A DNA stretch of 64,000 nt from Terrimicrobiaceae bacterium (GCA_044342325.1 JBIIPZ010000007.1:1-64000); one strand, 5' to 3'. Counted from the stretch's first letter, positions 38,167 to 50,183 are shown. Notes: generated by a model from the letters alone, not told the origin. Made by a program: numbers and translations.

Positions 38167-39936
38167 ATGCGGGGAGTTGAAAAAGTAAAATCTGAGAAGC
38201 GTTTCCACGGCATACCTGTCGCGCAAGGCATCGCTCACTTTCCTGCACTCGTTCATTTTGCCGAGGAGGAGGAAATTCTCCCGGAATCAATTTCCAGTGA
38301 TGAAGTGTCGGCGGAGATCGCCCGCTTCGAGGCTGCTCTCATTGCTACGCGCATTGAACTTCTCGAAATTCAGCAGAAAATATCGAGTGCCATCGGCGCG
38401 CATGATGCCAGTATTTTCGATGCCCACCTACTCGTTGTGGAGGACCGCACACTCATCGACGAGGTGTTGCGAGGCTTGGAGCGAGACCATCTCTGCATCG
38501 AATACATCTTCCAAGAGGTAGCCCGCAAATATTGCAAGACCCTCGAAGCCATCGACGACCCTTATCTCAGGGAACGCGTCGTGGATATCGAGGATGTCGC
38601 CCGCCGCGTCATTCGGCATCTCCTTGGCAAGGCGCCACAAAATCCTGCGGCGCATGACCAGTCGCACATCATCGTTGCCCACAACCTCACCCCATCCGAC
38701 ACGGCCCTGTTGGACCGGGACTTGGTGCGCGGCTTTGTCACAGAGATCGGTAGCAAGACTTCTCATACGGCCATCATGGCCCGCTCGCTGGAGATTCCCG
38801 CGATCGTCGGCATGCAGGGCATCTGTCAGCAAATCCAAATCGGTGATGATATCCTCATCGATGGTTACAATGGATTGCTCATTCTCAATCCGTCGCCGGT
38901 CACCTTGCTTGAATATGAGCGCCTCTCACGCGAAAAGGAACAAGTCGTCGAGAGGTTGCGCCTCATCCGTGAGACCGCTTCCACAACCCGCGATGGCCGA
39001 CACATCGTGCTTTCGGCGAATATCGATTTGCCCGATGAAATGTCCGATGTGGCGTCAAATGGCGCAGAGGGAGTGGGCCTCTTTCGAACGGAATTTCTCT
39101 ATTTGAACCGCACCACCCCACCAACCGAGGAGGAGCAGTTCGAGCACTACCGCAGCGCTGCCGAGCAGGCTTTGCCCCACAGCGTCATCATTCGCACACT
39201 CGACATCGGCGGAGACAAGGTGGCGTCCAGCCTCGAAACCTGGGAGGAGGAAAATCCTTTTCTTGGCTGCCGAGCGATCCGCTTCTGTCTCGAAAATCCA
39301 GCTATCTTCAAAACTCAGCTCAGGGCGATCTTGCGCGCCGCCGTGTCAAACAACATCCGCGTCATGTATCCCATGATCTCCGGTATCGAGGAGCTTAGGC
39401 GCGCCAATGCCATCCTCGAGGAGTGCAAACAGGAGCTCGCGGGCGAGGGGATTCCCTTCAATCCGTGGATCGAAGTCGGAGTCATGATTGAAACGCCCAG
39501 TGCCGTTCTTGTTGCCGACCACCTCTCACGGGAAGTCCGTTTTTTCAGCATCGGCACAAACGATCTCATTCAATACTCCATCGCGGTGGACCGCCTGAAC
39601 GATCGCATCGCCCACCTCTACAATCCCACGCATCCCTCGATCTTGCGGATGATTAAAATGGTGGTCGAATCCGGTCGCGCCCGTGGCATCTGGACGGGAA
39701 TCTGCGGCGAGATGGCATCCGACATCCAGCTCACCCCGTTGCTCATCGGTCTCGGGGTAGAAGAATTGAGCGCCACCAGCGTCATGGTGCCCCGGGTCAA
39801 AAAGGCGGTTCAGTCTCTGGATGCTGTGGCCTGTGGCAAACTGGCTGTGCAGGCGTTGGAGTCCGACGACTCCGCTGCCATCTTGGAACTCAGTCGTTCC
39901 ATGGCGATGGCGAACTACGCCGATTTGATGGATTAA
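38167..39936 (+). CDS. ptsI: PTS enzyme I
   Basis: TSHTAIMAR, GLFRTEF, IRTLDIGGDK, SIGTNDL, GICGEMA. Confidence 0.96.
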   Translation: MRGVEKVKSEKRFHGIPVAQGIAHFPALVHFAEEEEILPESISSDEVSAEIARFEAALIATRIELLEIQQKISSAIGAHDASIFDAHLLVVEDRTLIDEVLRGLERDHLCIEYIFQEVARKYCKTLEAIDDPYLRERVVDIEDVARRVIRHLLGKAPQNPAAHDQSHIIVAHNLTPSDTALLDRDLVRGFVTEIGSKTSHTAIMARSLEIPAIVGMQGICQQIQIGDDILIDGYNGLLILNPSPVTLLEYERLSREKEQVVERLRLIRETASTTRDGRHIVLSANIDLPDEMSDVASNGAEGVGLFRTEFLYLNRTTPPTEEEQFEHYRSAAEQALPHSVIIRTLDIGGDKVASSLETWEEENPFLGCRAIRFCLENPAIFKTQLRAILRAAVSNNIRVMYPMISGIEELRRANAILEECKQELAGEGIPFNPWIEVGVMIETPSAVLVADHLSREVRFFSIGTNDLIQYSIAVDRLNDRIAHLYNPTHPSILRMIKMVVESGRARGIWTGICGEMASDIQLTPLLIGLGVEELSATSVMVPRVKKAVQSLDAVACGKLAVQALESDDSAAILELSRSMAMANYADLMD

Positions 39937-39961
39937 GGACGGGCTCCCAGTCCAACCCTGC

Positions 39962-42163
39962 TCAACTCCGGCGCTTAAACGCCACTACCGATAGCGGCGG
40001 AATATCTATTTCAATTGAGTGGGGTTGGTCCTGCCAACTCCAATGTTCATGGGCCTGAACACCACCATAGTTTCCGACATTGCTTCCGCCATAGATGTCG
40101 GCATCCGTATTTAATATTTCCTCATAGAAACCAGAGCGAGGAACTCCAACGCGGTAGCCTCCACGAACGACAGGCGTTGCATTCACCACAAAAAGAATGC
40201 TCTCGCCGGTGCGTGATTTTCTCATGAACGACCACACCGAGTTGTCGGCATCCCGGAAATCGATCCACTCGAAGCCGTCGTAGCTGTCATCCAACTCGTA
40301 GAAGGATGGCTCGTGAGTGTAGAGCCAGTTCAGATGCTGCATGAGCTTGCTGAGGCCTTTGTGCGAGTGCTGCTCGGTGAGATGCCAGTCAAGGCTGAAG
40401 GCGTGTTTCCACTCCGAAAATTGGCCGAACTCGATTCCTTGGAAGATGAGTTTTTTTCCAGGGTGCGCCCACATCCAGGCGAGGAACATCCGGCAGTTGG
40501 CAAACTTCTGCCAGTCGTCGCCGGGCATTTTATTGATGAGCGATCCCTTGCCGTGAACGACTTCGTCGTGGCTGAGAACCAGGATGAAATGCTCTTGGAA
40601 AGCATACAGCATGGAAAAAGTGATCTCTCCCTGGTGATACCGGCGGTGGATGGGATCCTTGCTGATGTAGCGCAGGCTGTCGTTCATCCAGCCCATGTTC
40701 CATTTGAAGCCAAATCCCAAGCCGCCCGCGTAGGTGGGGCGTGACACGCTGGGCCATGCGGTGGATTCCTCCGCGATGAGGGCCACACCGGGATGGCGCT
40801 CGTAGCAGACCTCATTGCATCGCTTTAAAAAGTCGATGGCTTCGAGATTTTCTCTGCCGCCGAAGCAGTTCGGAATCCACTCCCCTTGTTTGCGGGAGTA
40901 GTCCAAGTAAAGCATAGAAGCCACGGCATCCACGCGCAGGCCGTCCACATGGTATTCCTCCAACCAAAAAAGCGCGTTGCCGATGAGGAAGTTTTTCACC
41001 TCGTTGCGGCCGTAGTTGAAGATGAGCGTGCCCCAGTCTTGATGCTCTCCCAAGCGGGGATCCTCGTGCTCGTAGAGGAAGCTTCCATCGTAGCGGGCGA
41101 GGCCGTGGGCATCTTTGGGGAAGTGTCCCGGCACCCAGTCCAGAATCACTCCGATTCCTGCTTGGTGGCAGCGGTCCACAAAATTCCTGAACTCGTCGGG
41201 ATTTCCAAAACGGCTCGTCGGCGCGTAGTAGTTCACCACTTGGTATCCCCAGGATCCATCGAAGGGATGCTCCATCACGGGCATGAGTTCGATGTGCGTG
41301 AACCCCATTTCCTTCACATAGGGGATGAGACGGTCTCCGAGTTCGCGATAGCTCAGCGGGCGGTTGCCCTCCTCGGGGATCCGTTGCCATGAGCCGATGT
41401 GGACCTCGTAAATGCTCATCGGCGCGTTGTAGGAATCGACCTGCGGGCGTTTCCGCATCCACTCTTCATCACCCCACTGGTAGCGGCCAAGATCGAAAAC
41501 CATGCAACCGGTTTCTACGCCGTGCTGGGCGAAAAATGCATATGGATCGGTCTTTAAAAAGACATCGCCGTGCTGGCTGCGGATTTCAAATTTGTAATGC
41601 GCGCCCTCATGCACGCCGGGGAGAAAAATTTCCCAGACGCCGGATGGCAGAAGCTTCCTCATTTGGTGGACACGCCCATCCCAGTTGTTGAAATCGCCCA
41701 CAACACTGACGCGCTGCGCGGAAGGGGCCCACACGGCGAAATGAACGCCCGGCACATCACCTATGACTTTCACATGTGCGCCCAGTTTTTTGTGAATGTC
41801 GTAATGCGTGCCCTCGTTGAAGAGATAAATGTCCACTTCGCCCAGCACTGCAGGAAATGCGTAGGCATCCCTCTGTCGCCATTTCACTCCTTCGTGACTG
41901 GTTAACTCGATGGTGTAGGGCATTCCTTCGCTGAAGCCAGTGATCTCTCCTTCGAAAAGACCATGCTCATCCAAGCGGGTGAGCGTTTGCGGTTTCGCCC
42001 CCTTGCCATCGAGAATCACTGTCGCTTCCGCCGCATCCGGTCTCAAAATCCGGGCTACAAATTTTCCATCGCAAGACCTTATGCCAAGGATGCGAAATGG
42101 ATCGCAGTGGCGGGCTTCAATCAGCGGATAGTAATCTTCAGCATTGAGGCGGGAAGGAATCAT
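39962..42163 (-). CDS. glgB: 1,4-alpha-glucan branching enzyme
   Basis: SWGYQ, DWVPGHF, DGLRVDAVASM, AEEST, SHDEVVHGK. Confidence 0.97.
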   Translation of the reverse strand: MIPSRLNAEDYYPLIEARHCDPFRILGIRSCDGKFVARILRPDAAEATVILDGKGAKPQTLTRLDEHGLFEGEITGFSEGMPYTIELTSHEGVKWRQRDAYAFPAVLGEVDIYLFNEGTHYDIHKKLGAHVKVIGDVPGVHFAVWAPSAQRVSVVGDFNNWDGRVHQMRKLLPSGVWEIFLPGVHEGAHYKFEIRSQHGDVFLKTDPYAFFAQHGVETGCMVFDLGRYQWGDEEWMRKRPQVDSYNAPMSIYEVHIGSWQRIPEEGNRPLSYRELGDRLIPYVKEMGFTHIELMPVMEHPFDGSWGYQVVNYYAPTSRFGNPDEFRNFVDRCHQAGIGVILDWVPGHFPKDAHGLARYDGSFLYEHEDPRLGEHQDWGTLIFNYGRNEVKNFLIGNALFWLEEYHVDGLRVDAVASMLYLDYSRKQGEWIPNCFGGRENLEAIDFLKRCNEVCYERHPGVALIAEESTAWPSVSRPTYAGGLGFGFKWNMGWMNDSLRYISKDPIHRRYHQGEITFSMLYAFQEHFILVLSHDEVVHGKGSLINKMPGDDWQKFANCRMFLAWMWAHPGKKLIFQGIEFGQFSEWKHAFSLDWHLTEQHSHKGLSKLMQHLNWLYTHEPSFYELDDSYDGFEWIDFRDADNSVWSFMRKSRTGESILFVVNATPVVRGGYRVGVPRSGFYEEILNTDADIYGGSNVGNYGGVQAHEHWSWQDQPHSIEIDIPPLSVVAFKRRS

Positions 42164-42277
42164 CCGCGCAGGATAGGAAGGTTATGGCGTAGTGAACAGA
42201 ATTTCCTGCGCCACAGATCCGGGGTATTCACCTTAGGGCTTGAACCGGTCACTCCGGTCATGATTTAAGAGAGGTGT

Positions 42278-42448
42278 ATGAAAGCACTCGCCCTTCTTAT
42301 CCTTGTTTCCTGCTTTTTTGTTCTCGGATGCTCTGGCCCCGGCGGCCCTGCCCAACGCGCCGGTGCGGCCGTGGATAACGCCGTTTACAAGGTCGGCGAG
42401 GGAATCAGCACTGTTGGTCAAAAAATCGAGGGATCTTCGAAGCCGTGA
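42278..42448 (+). CDS. Small lipoprotein (56 aa), absent from the ORF track
   Basis: MKALALLILVSCFFVLGCSGPGGPAQRAGAAVDNAVYKVGEGISTVGQKIEGSSKP; lipobox VLGC, GAGAGG RBS, GTGA overlap with next gene. Confidence 0.8.
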   Translation: MKALALLILVSCFFVLGCSGPGGPAQRAGAAVDNAVYKVGEGISTVGQKIEGSSKP

Positions 42449-43248
42449 GTTTTTCCACGGCGGCGAGGTGGTTCGTTCTTGCCTCGCTGATGGCGCTCTC
42501 AGCCTGCATCTTTTCGGCCTGCGGGAGTCGTGATGCCAACACGCTCGTGGTGGGAATGGATTTGTCGTATCCGCCCTTTGAAACAATCGGGCCGTCTGGC
42601 AAACCCGAGGGCATCAGCGTGGATATCGCCGAGGCGCTCGGGAAGTTCCTTGGGAAGTCGGTGCGTATTGAAAACATCCCGTTCACTGGACTCATTCCCT
42701 CGCTCAAAACCGATAAGATCGACTGCATCATTTCATCGATGACCGATACGGCGGAGCGCCGAGCATCCATCGCTTTCTCGGAGCCCTACCTCTCGACGGG
42801 GCTCGCCCTTTTGGTCTCGCGTGAGAGTCCGATCCAATCCCAGCAGGATCTCGATCAGGCTGGAAAAACTCTGGCCGTTCGCCAAGGCACGACAGGCGAG
42901 GTCTGGGCGAGGGCGAATATCAAAAATGCCAATATCCTCGCCCTTGAAAAAGAGTCCGCAGCCGTTCTCGAGGTGATCCAAGGCCGCGCGGACGCTTTTC
43001 TTTACGACCAGATGAGCATTTGGAAAAATGCCCAGGAGCATCCGAACAAAACCCACGCTCTTCTGAATCCGCTCCAAAAGGAAAACTGGGCGGTTGCCCT
43101 GCGCCACGACGACACGCAACTCCGCGACCAAATCAATGCCTTCCTCAAGTCATTCCGCGCACAAGGCGGCTTCGAAGCTCTTGGTGACAAATATCTCGGC
43201 GATCAGAAATCAGCCTTCAAGGAGCAGGGGATTCCTTTCTACTTCTGA
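42445..43248 (+). CDS. Amino-acid ABC transporter substrate-binding protein
   Basis: Lipobox-like SAC, YPPFE, GISVDIA, FSEPY, GTTGE. Confidence 0.9.
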   Translation: MSFSTAARWFVLASLMALSACIFSACGSRDANTLVVGMDLSYPPFETIGPSGKPEGISVDIAEALGKFLGKSVRIENIPFTGLIPSLKTDKIDCIISSMTDTAERRASIAFSEPYLSTGLALLVSRESPIQSQQDLDQAGKTLAVRQGTTGEVWARANIKNANILALEKESAAVLEVIQGRADAFLYDQMSIWKNAQEHPNKTHALLNPLQKENWAVALRHDDTQLRDQINAFLKSFRAQGGFEALGDKYLGDQKSAFKEQGIPFYF

Positions 43249-43274
43249 ACCCGCTGCTTTTTTTTGCGTCCTGA

Positions 43275-44657
43275 CTAAAGACGCTCGAGCAGCTTTTGGT
43301 GTATCCCGTCGAATCCGCCATTGCTGAAGACCACGACGATGTCGCCGGATTTCACAAGCGGCTTCAGGCGCTCAATAATCGCGTCGGCGGTCGGTTCGTA
43401 GTAGGCGGGCCTGCCAGAGGCGGCAATATCCGAGACCACGCGCTCGGGGTTCAAACGCTCGTTTTCGGGCAGTTGGTCGAGGCGGGCGATTTGGGAAATG
43501 AAGGCACCATCCGCATCGGCGAAGGCTTTGGGCAGATCCTCCTGAAATACCGCCCGGCGTGTGGTGTTCGAGCGTGGTTCGAAAAGCGCCCAGAGTCGCG
43601 CATTGCCGAATTTCTTGCGCAGGCCGGCCAGTGTTTCGCGGATGGCCGTCGGGTGATGTCCAAAATCATCGATGATCGTGATCCCGTTCACTGTGCCCCG
43701 CACTTCTTGGCGGCGGCGTATGCCTTGGAACGAGGCTAAGGCGGCGCGAATCTTGTCGGCGGAGATGCCGTAGTAGTGGGCAGCCGAGGCCGCCATCGCG
43801 GCGTTGCGGATGTTGAAATCACCGGAGAGCGGGATGAAAAAAGTCTCGCCGAAAAGCTCGAAGCTGGAGCCTTCTGGCTTGTGGACGACATGCCGAATCT
43901 GGTTGCCGCAATTCGGCGAGAAGCCGACCTCCACAACCGGCGCCGGACATTTTTGAGCGGCATCGATGCAATTGGGATCATCACCGTTGAGCAGAACCAT
44001 GCCTTCGGATGGCACGATATTCAGCAAGCGGCGGAAGCTGGTCTTGATCTCATCCAGGTCGCGGTAGATGTCCGCATGGTCGAACTCGATGTTGTTCACG
44101 ATGACGAGTTCGGGCAGGTAGTGGACGAATTTGGACCGCTTGTCGAAGAAGGCTGTGTCGTATTCGTCGCCTTCGATGATGAAATACTTCGAGTCCCGCA
44201 GACAGGCCCCCTGACCGAGATTCGAGGGAATGCCACCGATGAGGTAGCCGGGTTCGAGTCCAGCGGATTCAAAAATCCATGCCAGAATCGAGGTGGTCGT
44301 GGTTTTGCCATGTGTGCCAGTCACAACCAGATTGTGGCGACCGCGTAGAACGAAATGACGCAGCGTCTCGGGCATCGAGAGATACAGCAACTTGCTGTTC
44401 AAAACGGCCTCCACGGCAGGGTTGCCGCGCGACATGGCATTTCCGATCACGATCAAATCCGCCGCCGGGATGTCATCTGGCTGGAAACCTTTTGTGATGG
44501 CAACTCCCTTGGACTCCAGAAAAGTGGACATCGGCGGATAGACATTGTCATCCTGGCCGGTGACCTTGAAGCCCTTGTCTTTCATCGCGGCCGCGACGGA
44601 TCCCATCGCTGTGCCGCAAATGCCCAGAAAGTGCACATGCTGCGGGGTGTCGTTCAT
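43275..44657 (-). CDS. mpl: Murein peptide ligase Mpl
   Basis: LGICGTAMG, YPPMST, GTHGKTTT, EGDEYDTAFFDKRSKF, FEPRSNT. Confidence 0.93.
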   Translation of the reverse strand: MNDTPQHVHFLGICGTAMGSVAAAMKDKGFKVTGQDDNVYPPMSTFLESKGVAITKGFQPDDIPAADLIVIGNAMSRGNPAVEAVLNSKLLYLSMPETLRHFVLRGRHNLVVTGTHGKTTTTSILAWIFESAGLEPGYLIGGIPSNLGQGACLRDSKYFIIEGDEYDTAFFDKRSKFVHYLPELVIVNNIEFDHADIYRDLDEIKTSFRRLLNIVPSEGMVLLNGDDPNCIDAAQKCPAPVVEVGFSPNCGNQIRHVVHKPEGSSFELFGETFFIPLSGDFNIRNAAMAASAAHYYGISADKIRAALASFQGIRRRQEVRGTVNGITIIDDFGHHPTAIRETLAGLRKKFGNARLWALFEPRSNTTRRAVFQEDLPKAFADADGAFISQIARLDQLPENERLNPERVVSDIAASGRPAYYEPTADAIIERLKPLVKSGDIVVVFSNGGFDGIHQKLLERL

Positions 44658-44783
44658 TTTTGAGATGGAGAGTCTGATTTCGAAGAGGGCGTGCGAAAAC
44701 GCATGAGAAGGACGATTTTTAGAACCATCACTGCGACGCCGCCGAGGATGATCGGCAGCGTCCACCGCTTGGCGCGGGATGGA

Positions 44784-45932
44784 TTAATAAACATCCTTTC
44801 TGTAGCGCTTCTCTTTTTTGAGAGCGTCCACATATTCCTTCGCTTGCTCGGTCGTCATGTTGCCATGGCGCTCGGCGATGGTGTGGAGAGCGGCATCGAC
44901 ATCTTTGGCCATGTTCTTCGCATCGCCGCAGACATAGAAATAACCGCCCTTTTGAAGCCAGTCATAGAGCTCCGCGCCGTGCTCTAGCATGCGGTGCTGC
45001 ACATAGATTTTTTCGGCCTGGTCGCGTGAGAAGGCTGTGGTGAGCTTCGTCAAAACGCCCGAAGCGTGGGCGGCTTCGAATTCGTCCTGATAGAGGTAAT
45101 CTGTGGAAGCCTTTTGATCGCCGAAGAAGACCCAGTTTGGTCCCTTGGCTCCTGTGGCCTTGCGCTCCTGAAGAAAGGCGCGGAAGGGAGCGATGCCTGT
45201 GCCTGGGCCGACCATGATCACGGGAGCGTCTGAGTTTTCAGGCACGCGGAAATGTTTCGCCGTATGCACGAAGACAGGGACAGAGCCCGAGTCCACGCGC
45301 TCCGCGAGGTAGCTGGAGCAAACGCCCTCGCGGTCGCGCTGGCTGTGCTCCACTTTGTAGCGGACGACAGCGACTGTGAGGTGAACGGATTCGCCAACGG
45401 CACGCTGAGAGGAGGCGATGGAGTAAAGGCGGGGCTGGAGCTTGCGAAGGACTTTCACAAATTCCTCGGGAGTGAAGCTGGCGGCGGTGAACTCTTGAAG
45501 CACATCCAGAACATCACGGCCCCATAGGAAATTTTCCAACGCAGCTTTTTCCTCGGGTAGGAAGAGGTTGGCGAGAAAAGCTCCCGAGCTGTCCTTTTCG
45601 GCGACGGCCAAAAGAAGCTGCTTGGAAGGCTCCGTAAGGATGTAGCTCTTAGTGAGGGCCTCGCGCAGTGAGGCGGGAGCGCCGTCTGCCGTGGTGACCT
45701 GCTCTTCGCCCGAAAAACCTAGTTCCTTGAGGACGAGTTCCACGAGAGCGGGGTTGTTCGATGCAAAGACTCCCAGCGAGTCGCCGACTTCATAGGCGAG
45801 TCCCGAGCCTTCGAGCGAGATTTCAAAATGGCGTGTATCCTTGTTCGACCCTTCGCCCGTCAGTTTGCGATTTACAGACAGCTTGGCCGGAAAGGGGTTC
45901 TTGCGTGAGTAACCGGATTCCGTTGATGACAT
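44784..45932 (-). CDS. Sulfite reductase flavoprotein-like FAD/NADPH module (CysJ C-terminal part, no flavodoxin domain)
   Basis: YSRKNPF, PRLYSIASS, GVCSSYL, GPGTGIAPFR, YVCGDA, RYRKDVY. Confidence 0.85.
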   Translation of the reverse strand: MSSTESGYSRKNPFPAKLSVNRKLTGEGSNKDTRHFEISLEGSGLAYEVGDSLGVFASNNPALVELVLKELGFSGEEQVTTADGAPASLREALTKSYILTEPSKQLLLAVAEKDSSGAFLANLFLPEEKAALENFLWGRDVLDVLQEFTAASFTPEEFVKVLRKLQPRLYSIASSQRAVGESVHLTVAVVRYKVEHSQRDREGVCSSYLAERVDSGSVPVFVHTAKHFRVPENSDAPVIMVGPGTGIAPFRAFLQERKATGAKGPNWVFFGDQKASTDYLYQDEFEAAHASGVLTKLTTAFSRDQAEKIYVQHRMLEHGAELYDWLQKGGYFYVCGDAKNMAKDVDAALHTIAERHGNMTTEQAKEYVDALKKEKRYRKDVY

Positions 45933-45988
45933 AGATTGTTGATTAAAGGGATGTGGTGCTATTGGTGCAAGTGTGATTCGGTCTTGGT

Positions 45989-47215
<1,227 letters not shown>

Positions 47216-47293
47216 ACGGGCGCGGAGTCTGCTCGAAAGAACAAGCTTTCGCAATCCTAGCGAACAGGAATCTTAACCTGAATAAAAAGGGGG

Positions 47294-47383
47294 TGGCGGA
47301 AGGGGCGGGATTCGAACCCGCGGTAGGTTTCCCTACGTTCGATTTCGAGTCGAGTGCCTTAAACCGGACTCAGCCACCCTTCC
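47294..47383 (-). tRNA. tRNA-Ser (anticodon CGA)
   Basis: Acceptor GGAAGGG/CCCTTCC-G-CCA, anticodon loop CTCGAAA, long variable arm GTAGG-GAAA-CCTAC, T arm GCGGG-TTCGAAT-CCCGC. Confidence 0.95.
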
Positions 47384-47556
47384 GTGAAGGAGTCGAAACA
47401 AGCGCTTCAACTACTACAAAGTCGTAAATACGCCCAGGGTGTTCGCGCCGCAAGGAAAAACCCGAGGTCAAAATTTAACCTGGCCTTGCGAATCTTCCGA
47501 TGTGCGCCGTGTTTTTGCTTGGACGCATCCCGTCGAAAATCTAAACCTTCCCGCTC

Positions 47557-48540
47557 ATGAAAACTCCCATTCGCGTTGCCGTGACCGGTGCTGCCGGTCA
47601 GATCTCCTATTCTCTTCTTCCCCGCATTGCTTCCGGTGCCATGTTTGGCGCTGATCAACCAGTGATCCTGCAACTGTTGGAGGTTCCCGTGGAAAAAGCC
47701 ATGATAGCCCTCGAAGGCGTGGCCATGGAGTTGGATGATTGCGCGTTTCCTCTTCTGGCGGGAATGGTCCTCACCGACGACGCCAAGGTGGCTTTCAAGG
47801 ATGCCAACTGGAGTCTCCTCGTGGGTGCCAAGCCTCGCGGGCCCGGTATGGAGCGCGCCGATCTGCTCAAGGACAACGGCAAAATCTTCACCACCCAAGG
47901 CCAGATCATCGATGAGGTCTCAGCCGAGAATGCCCGTGTCGCAGTTGTTGGAAATCCTGCCAACACAAACGCCATGATCGCCGCCAGCAAGGCCCGCCGC
48001 CTCACGCCAGATCGCTTCACAGCGATGGTGCGCCTCGATCAGAACCGCGCCCAGACCATGCTTGCCAAAAAAGCAGGCGTCGCCACCACCGATGTGAGCG
48101 AGATTTTCATTTTTGGAAACCACAGCCCGACGATGTTTCCTGCTTTTGGCCATGCCAAGATCGCCGGTAAACCCGCCGAGTCAGTCATCACAGACCGTGC
48201 CTGGCTCGAAGGAGAATTCTGCGAAAAAGTCGGCAAGCGCGGAGCTGCGATCATCGCCGCCCGTGGGGCTTCATCTGCCGCCTCGGCAGCAAATGCCCTC
48301 GTGGACCACGTCCGCTCGCTCGTTACTCCGGGGCAAATCCACTCCATCGCCATCAAATCCGAGGGCCACTACGGCTTCGACGCCAATGTCTGGGCTGGAA
48401 TGCCTGTGAAAACGACGACGCCCGGCGCCTATGAGGTTGTGACCGGCATCCCGTTGGATGAATTCGCAAAATCCAAGATCGCCGCAACCAACAAGGAACT
48501 CGCCGAAGAGCGCGCCATGGTTGCCGAGATGCTCGGATAG
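47557..48540 (+). CDS. mdh: Malate dehydrogenase
   Basis: [39 protein letters not shown]. Confidence 0.96.
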   Translation: MKTPIRVAVTGAAGQISYSLLPRIASGAMFGADQPVILQLLEVPVEKAMIALEGVAMELDDCAFPLLAGMVLTDDAKVAFKDANWSLLVGAKPRGPGMERADLLKDNGKIFTTQGQIIDEVSAENARVAVVGNPANTNAMIAASKARRLTPDRFTAMVRLDQNRAQTMLAKKAGVATTDVSEIFIFGNHSPTMFPAFGHAKIAGKPAESVITDRAWLEGEFCEKVGKRGAAIIAARGASSAASAANALVDHVRSLVTPGQIHSIAIKSEGHYGFDANVWAGMPVKTTTPGAYEVVTGIPLDEFAKSKIAATNKELAEERAMVAEMLG

Positions 48541-48620
48541 GGCGGGTAAACTCCCCCTCGCACTTTGGGGAAACGGATGCATCTTCTTAAAGAAATGCAT
48601 CCGAAACCTCCGATTCCCTT

Positions 48621-50183
48621 ATGAGTGACCCAATTCTTCCCACTGCAGAGCAAATGCAGCGCCGACTGCAGGAGCTTTTGCGCGCTTCATTTTCGGCCCC
48701 TGCTCCGTCTTCAAGCGAGCCAGTGGCGCCAGTTCAAAATCCAGAAACGGTTCCTCAATCGATCCTGGATTTTCACCTCACGCCGAAAGATATCAAAAAG
48801 CACCTCGACCGCTTTGTCATTCGTCAGGACGAAGCTAAGAAGGTCCTCGGTATCGCTGTCTGCGACCATTACAACAATGCCCGCGTGATGGCTTCCCGAG
48901 AAGCCGACGCACCGCCTCTCGAGTATTCCAAACAAAATGTCCTCCTTGCCGGCCCGACAGGCGTTGGAAAAACCTACCTCGTCAAGCATGTCGCCGAGCT
49001 CGTCGGCGTTCCGTTTGTCAAAGCTGATGCCACAAAATTCAGCGAAACCGGCTATGTCGGCGGTGATGTGGATGATCTTGTTCGCGAACTTGTCCAGAAG
49101 GCCGATGGCAACATCTCGCTCGCGCAGTATGGCATCATCTACATCGACGAAATCGATAAAATTGCCACGCCCTCGGATGTCAGCGGTCGAGATGTCAGTG
49201 GACGCGGCGTGCAGACCACTTTGCTCAAGCTCATGGAGGAGACGGATGTTTCTCTGCGCGGTGGGAATGATCTCCAATCCCAGATTCAGGCTGCCATGGA
49301 GTTCCAAAAGCGCGGCAAGGTCAGTAAGGAAACCCTCAACACGCGGCATATCCTCTTTATTGTCTCCGGCGCCTTCGACAAGTTGGGTAACATCGTCACG
49401 CGGCGATTAAAAAAATCCGCCATGGGCTTCGGCGCACCGCCCTCTCCATCGGCGAGCGAATCCGATGAATTGCTCCGCCTCGCGGGAACGAGGGATTTCG
49501 TGGATTACGGACTCGAGCCTGAATTCATCGGACGCCTGCCCGTTCGGGTCGTGTGCGACAGCCTCGGCGAGCAGGACCTTTTCAACATTCTGCAGAAATC
49601 AGAAGGCAGCCTCATCCGCCAGTATGAGCGAGCCTTTGCGGCCTATGGAATAGAGGCCGTTTACTCCACGGATGCCCTTCGGTATATTGCTTCTTTGGCC
49701 GCTCAGGAGAGCACGGGTGCGCGTGGCCTCATGACTGTTTGCGAGCGCCTCATGCGCGACTTCAAATATGAACTCCCCGGCGCTCGTGTGCGCTCGCTTG
49801 AGATCACTCCTGCTGTCTTTGAAAACCCTGCCTCCAGTATCCAAGCCCTCCTCAAACTCGGCGAGGAGGAGGCCCGCCACACACAGCGCCTCGTCATCGA
49901 GCAGTTCGCCGAGCGCTTTGGCGGGCAGCATGGCTTCGTCCTTCGCTTCGATCCAGCGGCCATTGATGCCATCCTGCGCATGGCTTTCGAAAAAAACATT
50001 CCCGCTCGCGACTTGTGCGAAAGCCTCTTTAAGGATTATCAATTTGGCCTTGGGCTGATCTCTCGGAACAGCGGCCAGTCGGAGTTTGTCATTCCCGTCG
50101 ATGCGGTGGCGGCTCCAGACCGCGTGCTGAGCCAGTGGGTCGTCGCCTCATACCGCACCAAAGAAGAAAATGAGAAACCTTAA
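48621..50183 (+). CDS. ClpX-like AAA+ ATPase lacking the zinc-binding domain
   Basis: [44 protein letters not shown]-terminal extension. Confidence 0.88.
   Translation: MSDPILPTAEQMQRRLQELLRASFSAPAPSSSEPVAPVQNPETVPQSILDFHLTPKDIKKHLDRFVIRQDEAKKVLGIAVCDHYNNARVMASREADAPPLEYSKQNVLLAGPTGVGKTYLVKHVAELVGVPFVKADATKFSETGYVGGDVDDLVRELVQKADGNISLAQYGIIYIDEIDKIATPSDVSGRDVSGRGVQTTLLKLMEETDVSLRGGNDLQSQIQAAMEFQKRGKVSKETLNTRHILFIVSGAFDKLGNIVTRRLKKSAMGFGAPPSPSASESDELLRLAGTRDFVDYGLEPEFIGRLPVRVVCDSLGEQDLFNILQKSEGSLIRQYERAFAAYGIEAVYSTDALRYIASLAAQESTGARGLMTVCERLMRDFKYELPGARVRSLEITPAVFENPASSIQALLKLGEEEARHTQRLVIEQFAERFGGQHGFVLRFDPAAIDAILRMAFEKNIPARDLCESLFKDYQFGLGLISRNSGQSEFVIPVDAVAAPDRVLSQWVVASYRTKEENEKP

Noticed and set aside
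47294..47383. tRNA-Ser as an island integration site
   Set aside because: Flanked by argG and mdh; no integrase and no duplicated 3' end noticed
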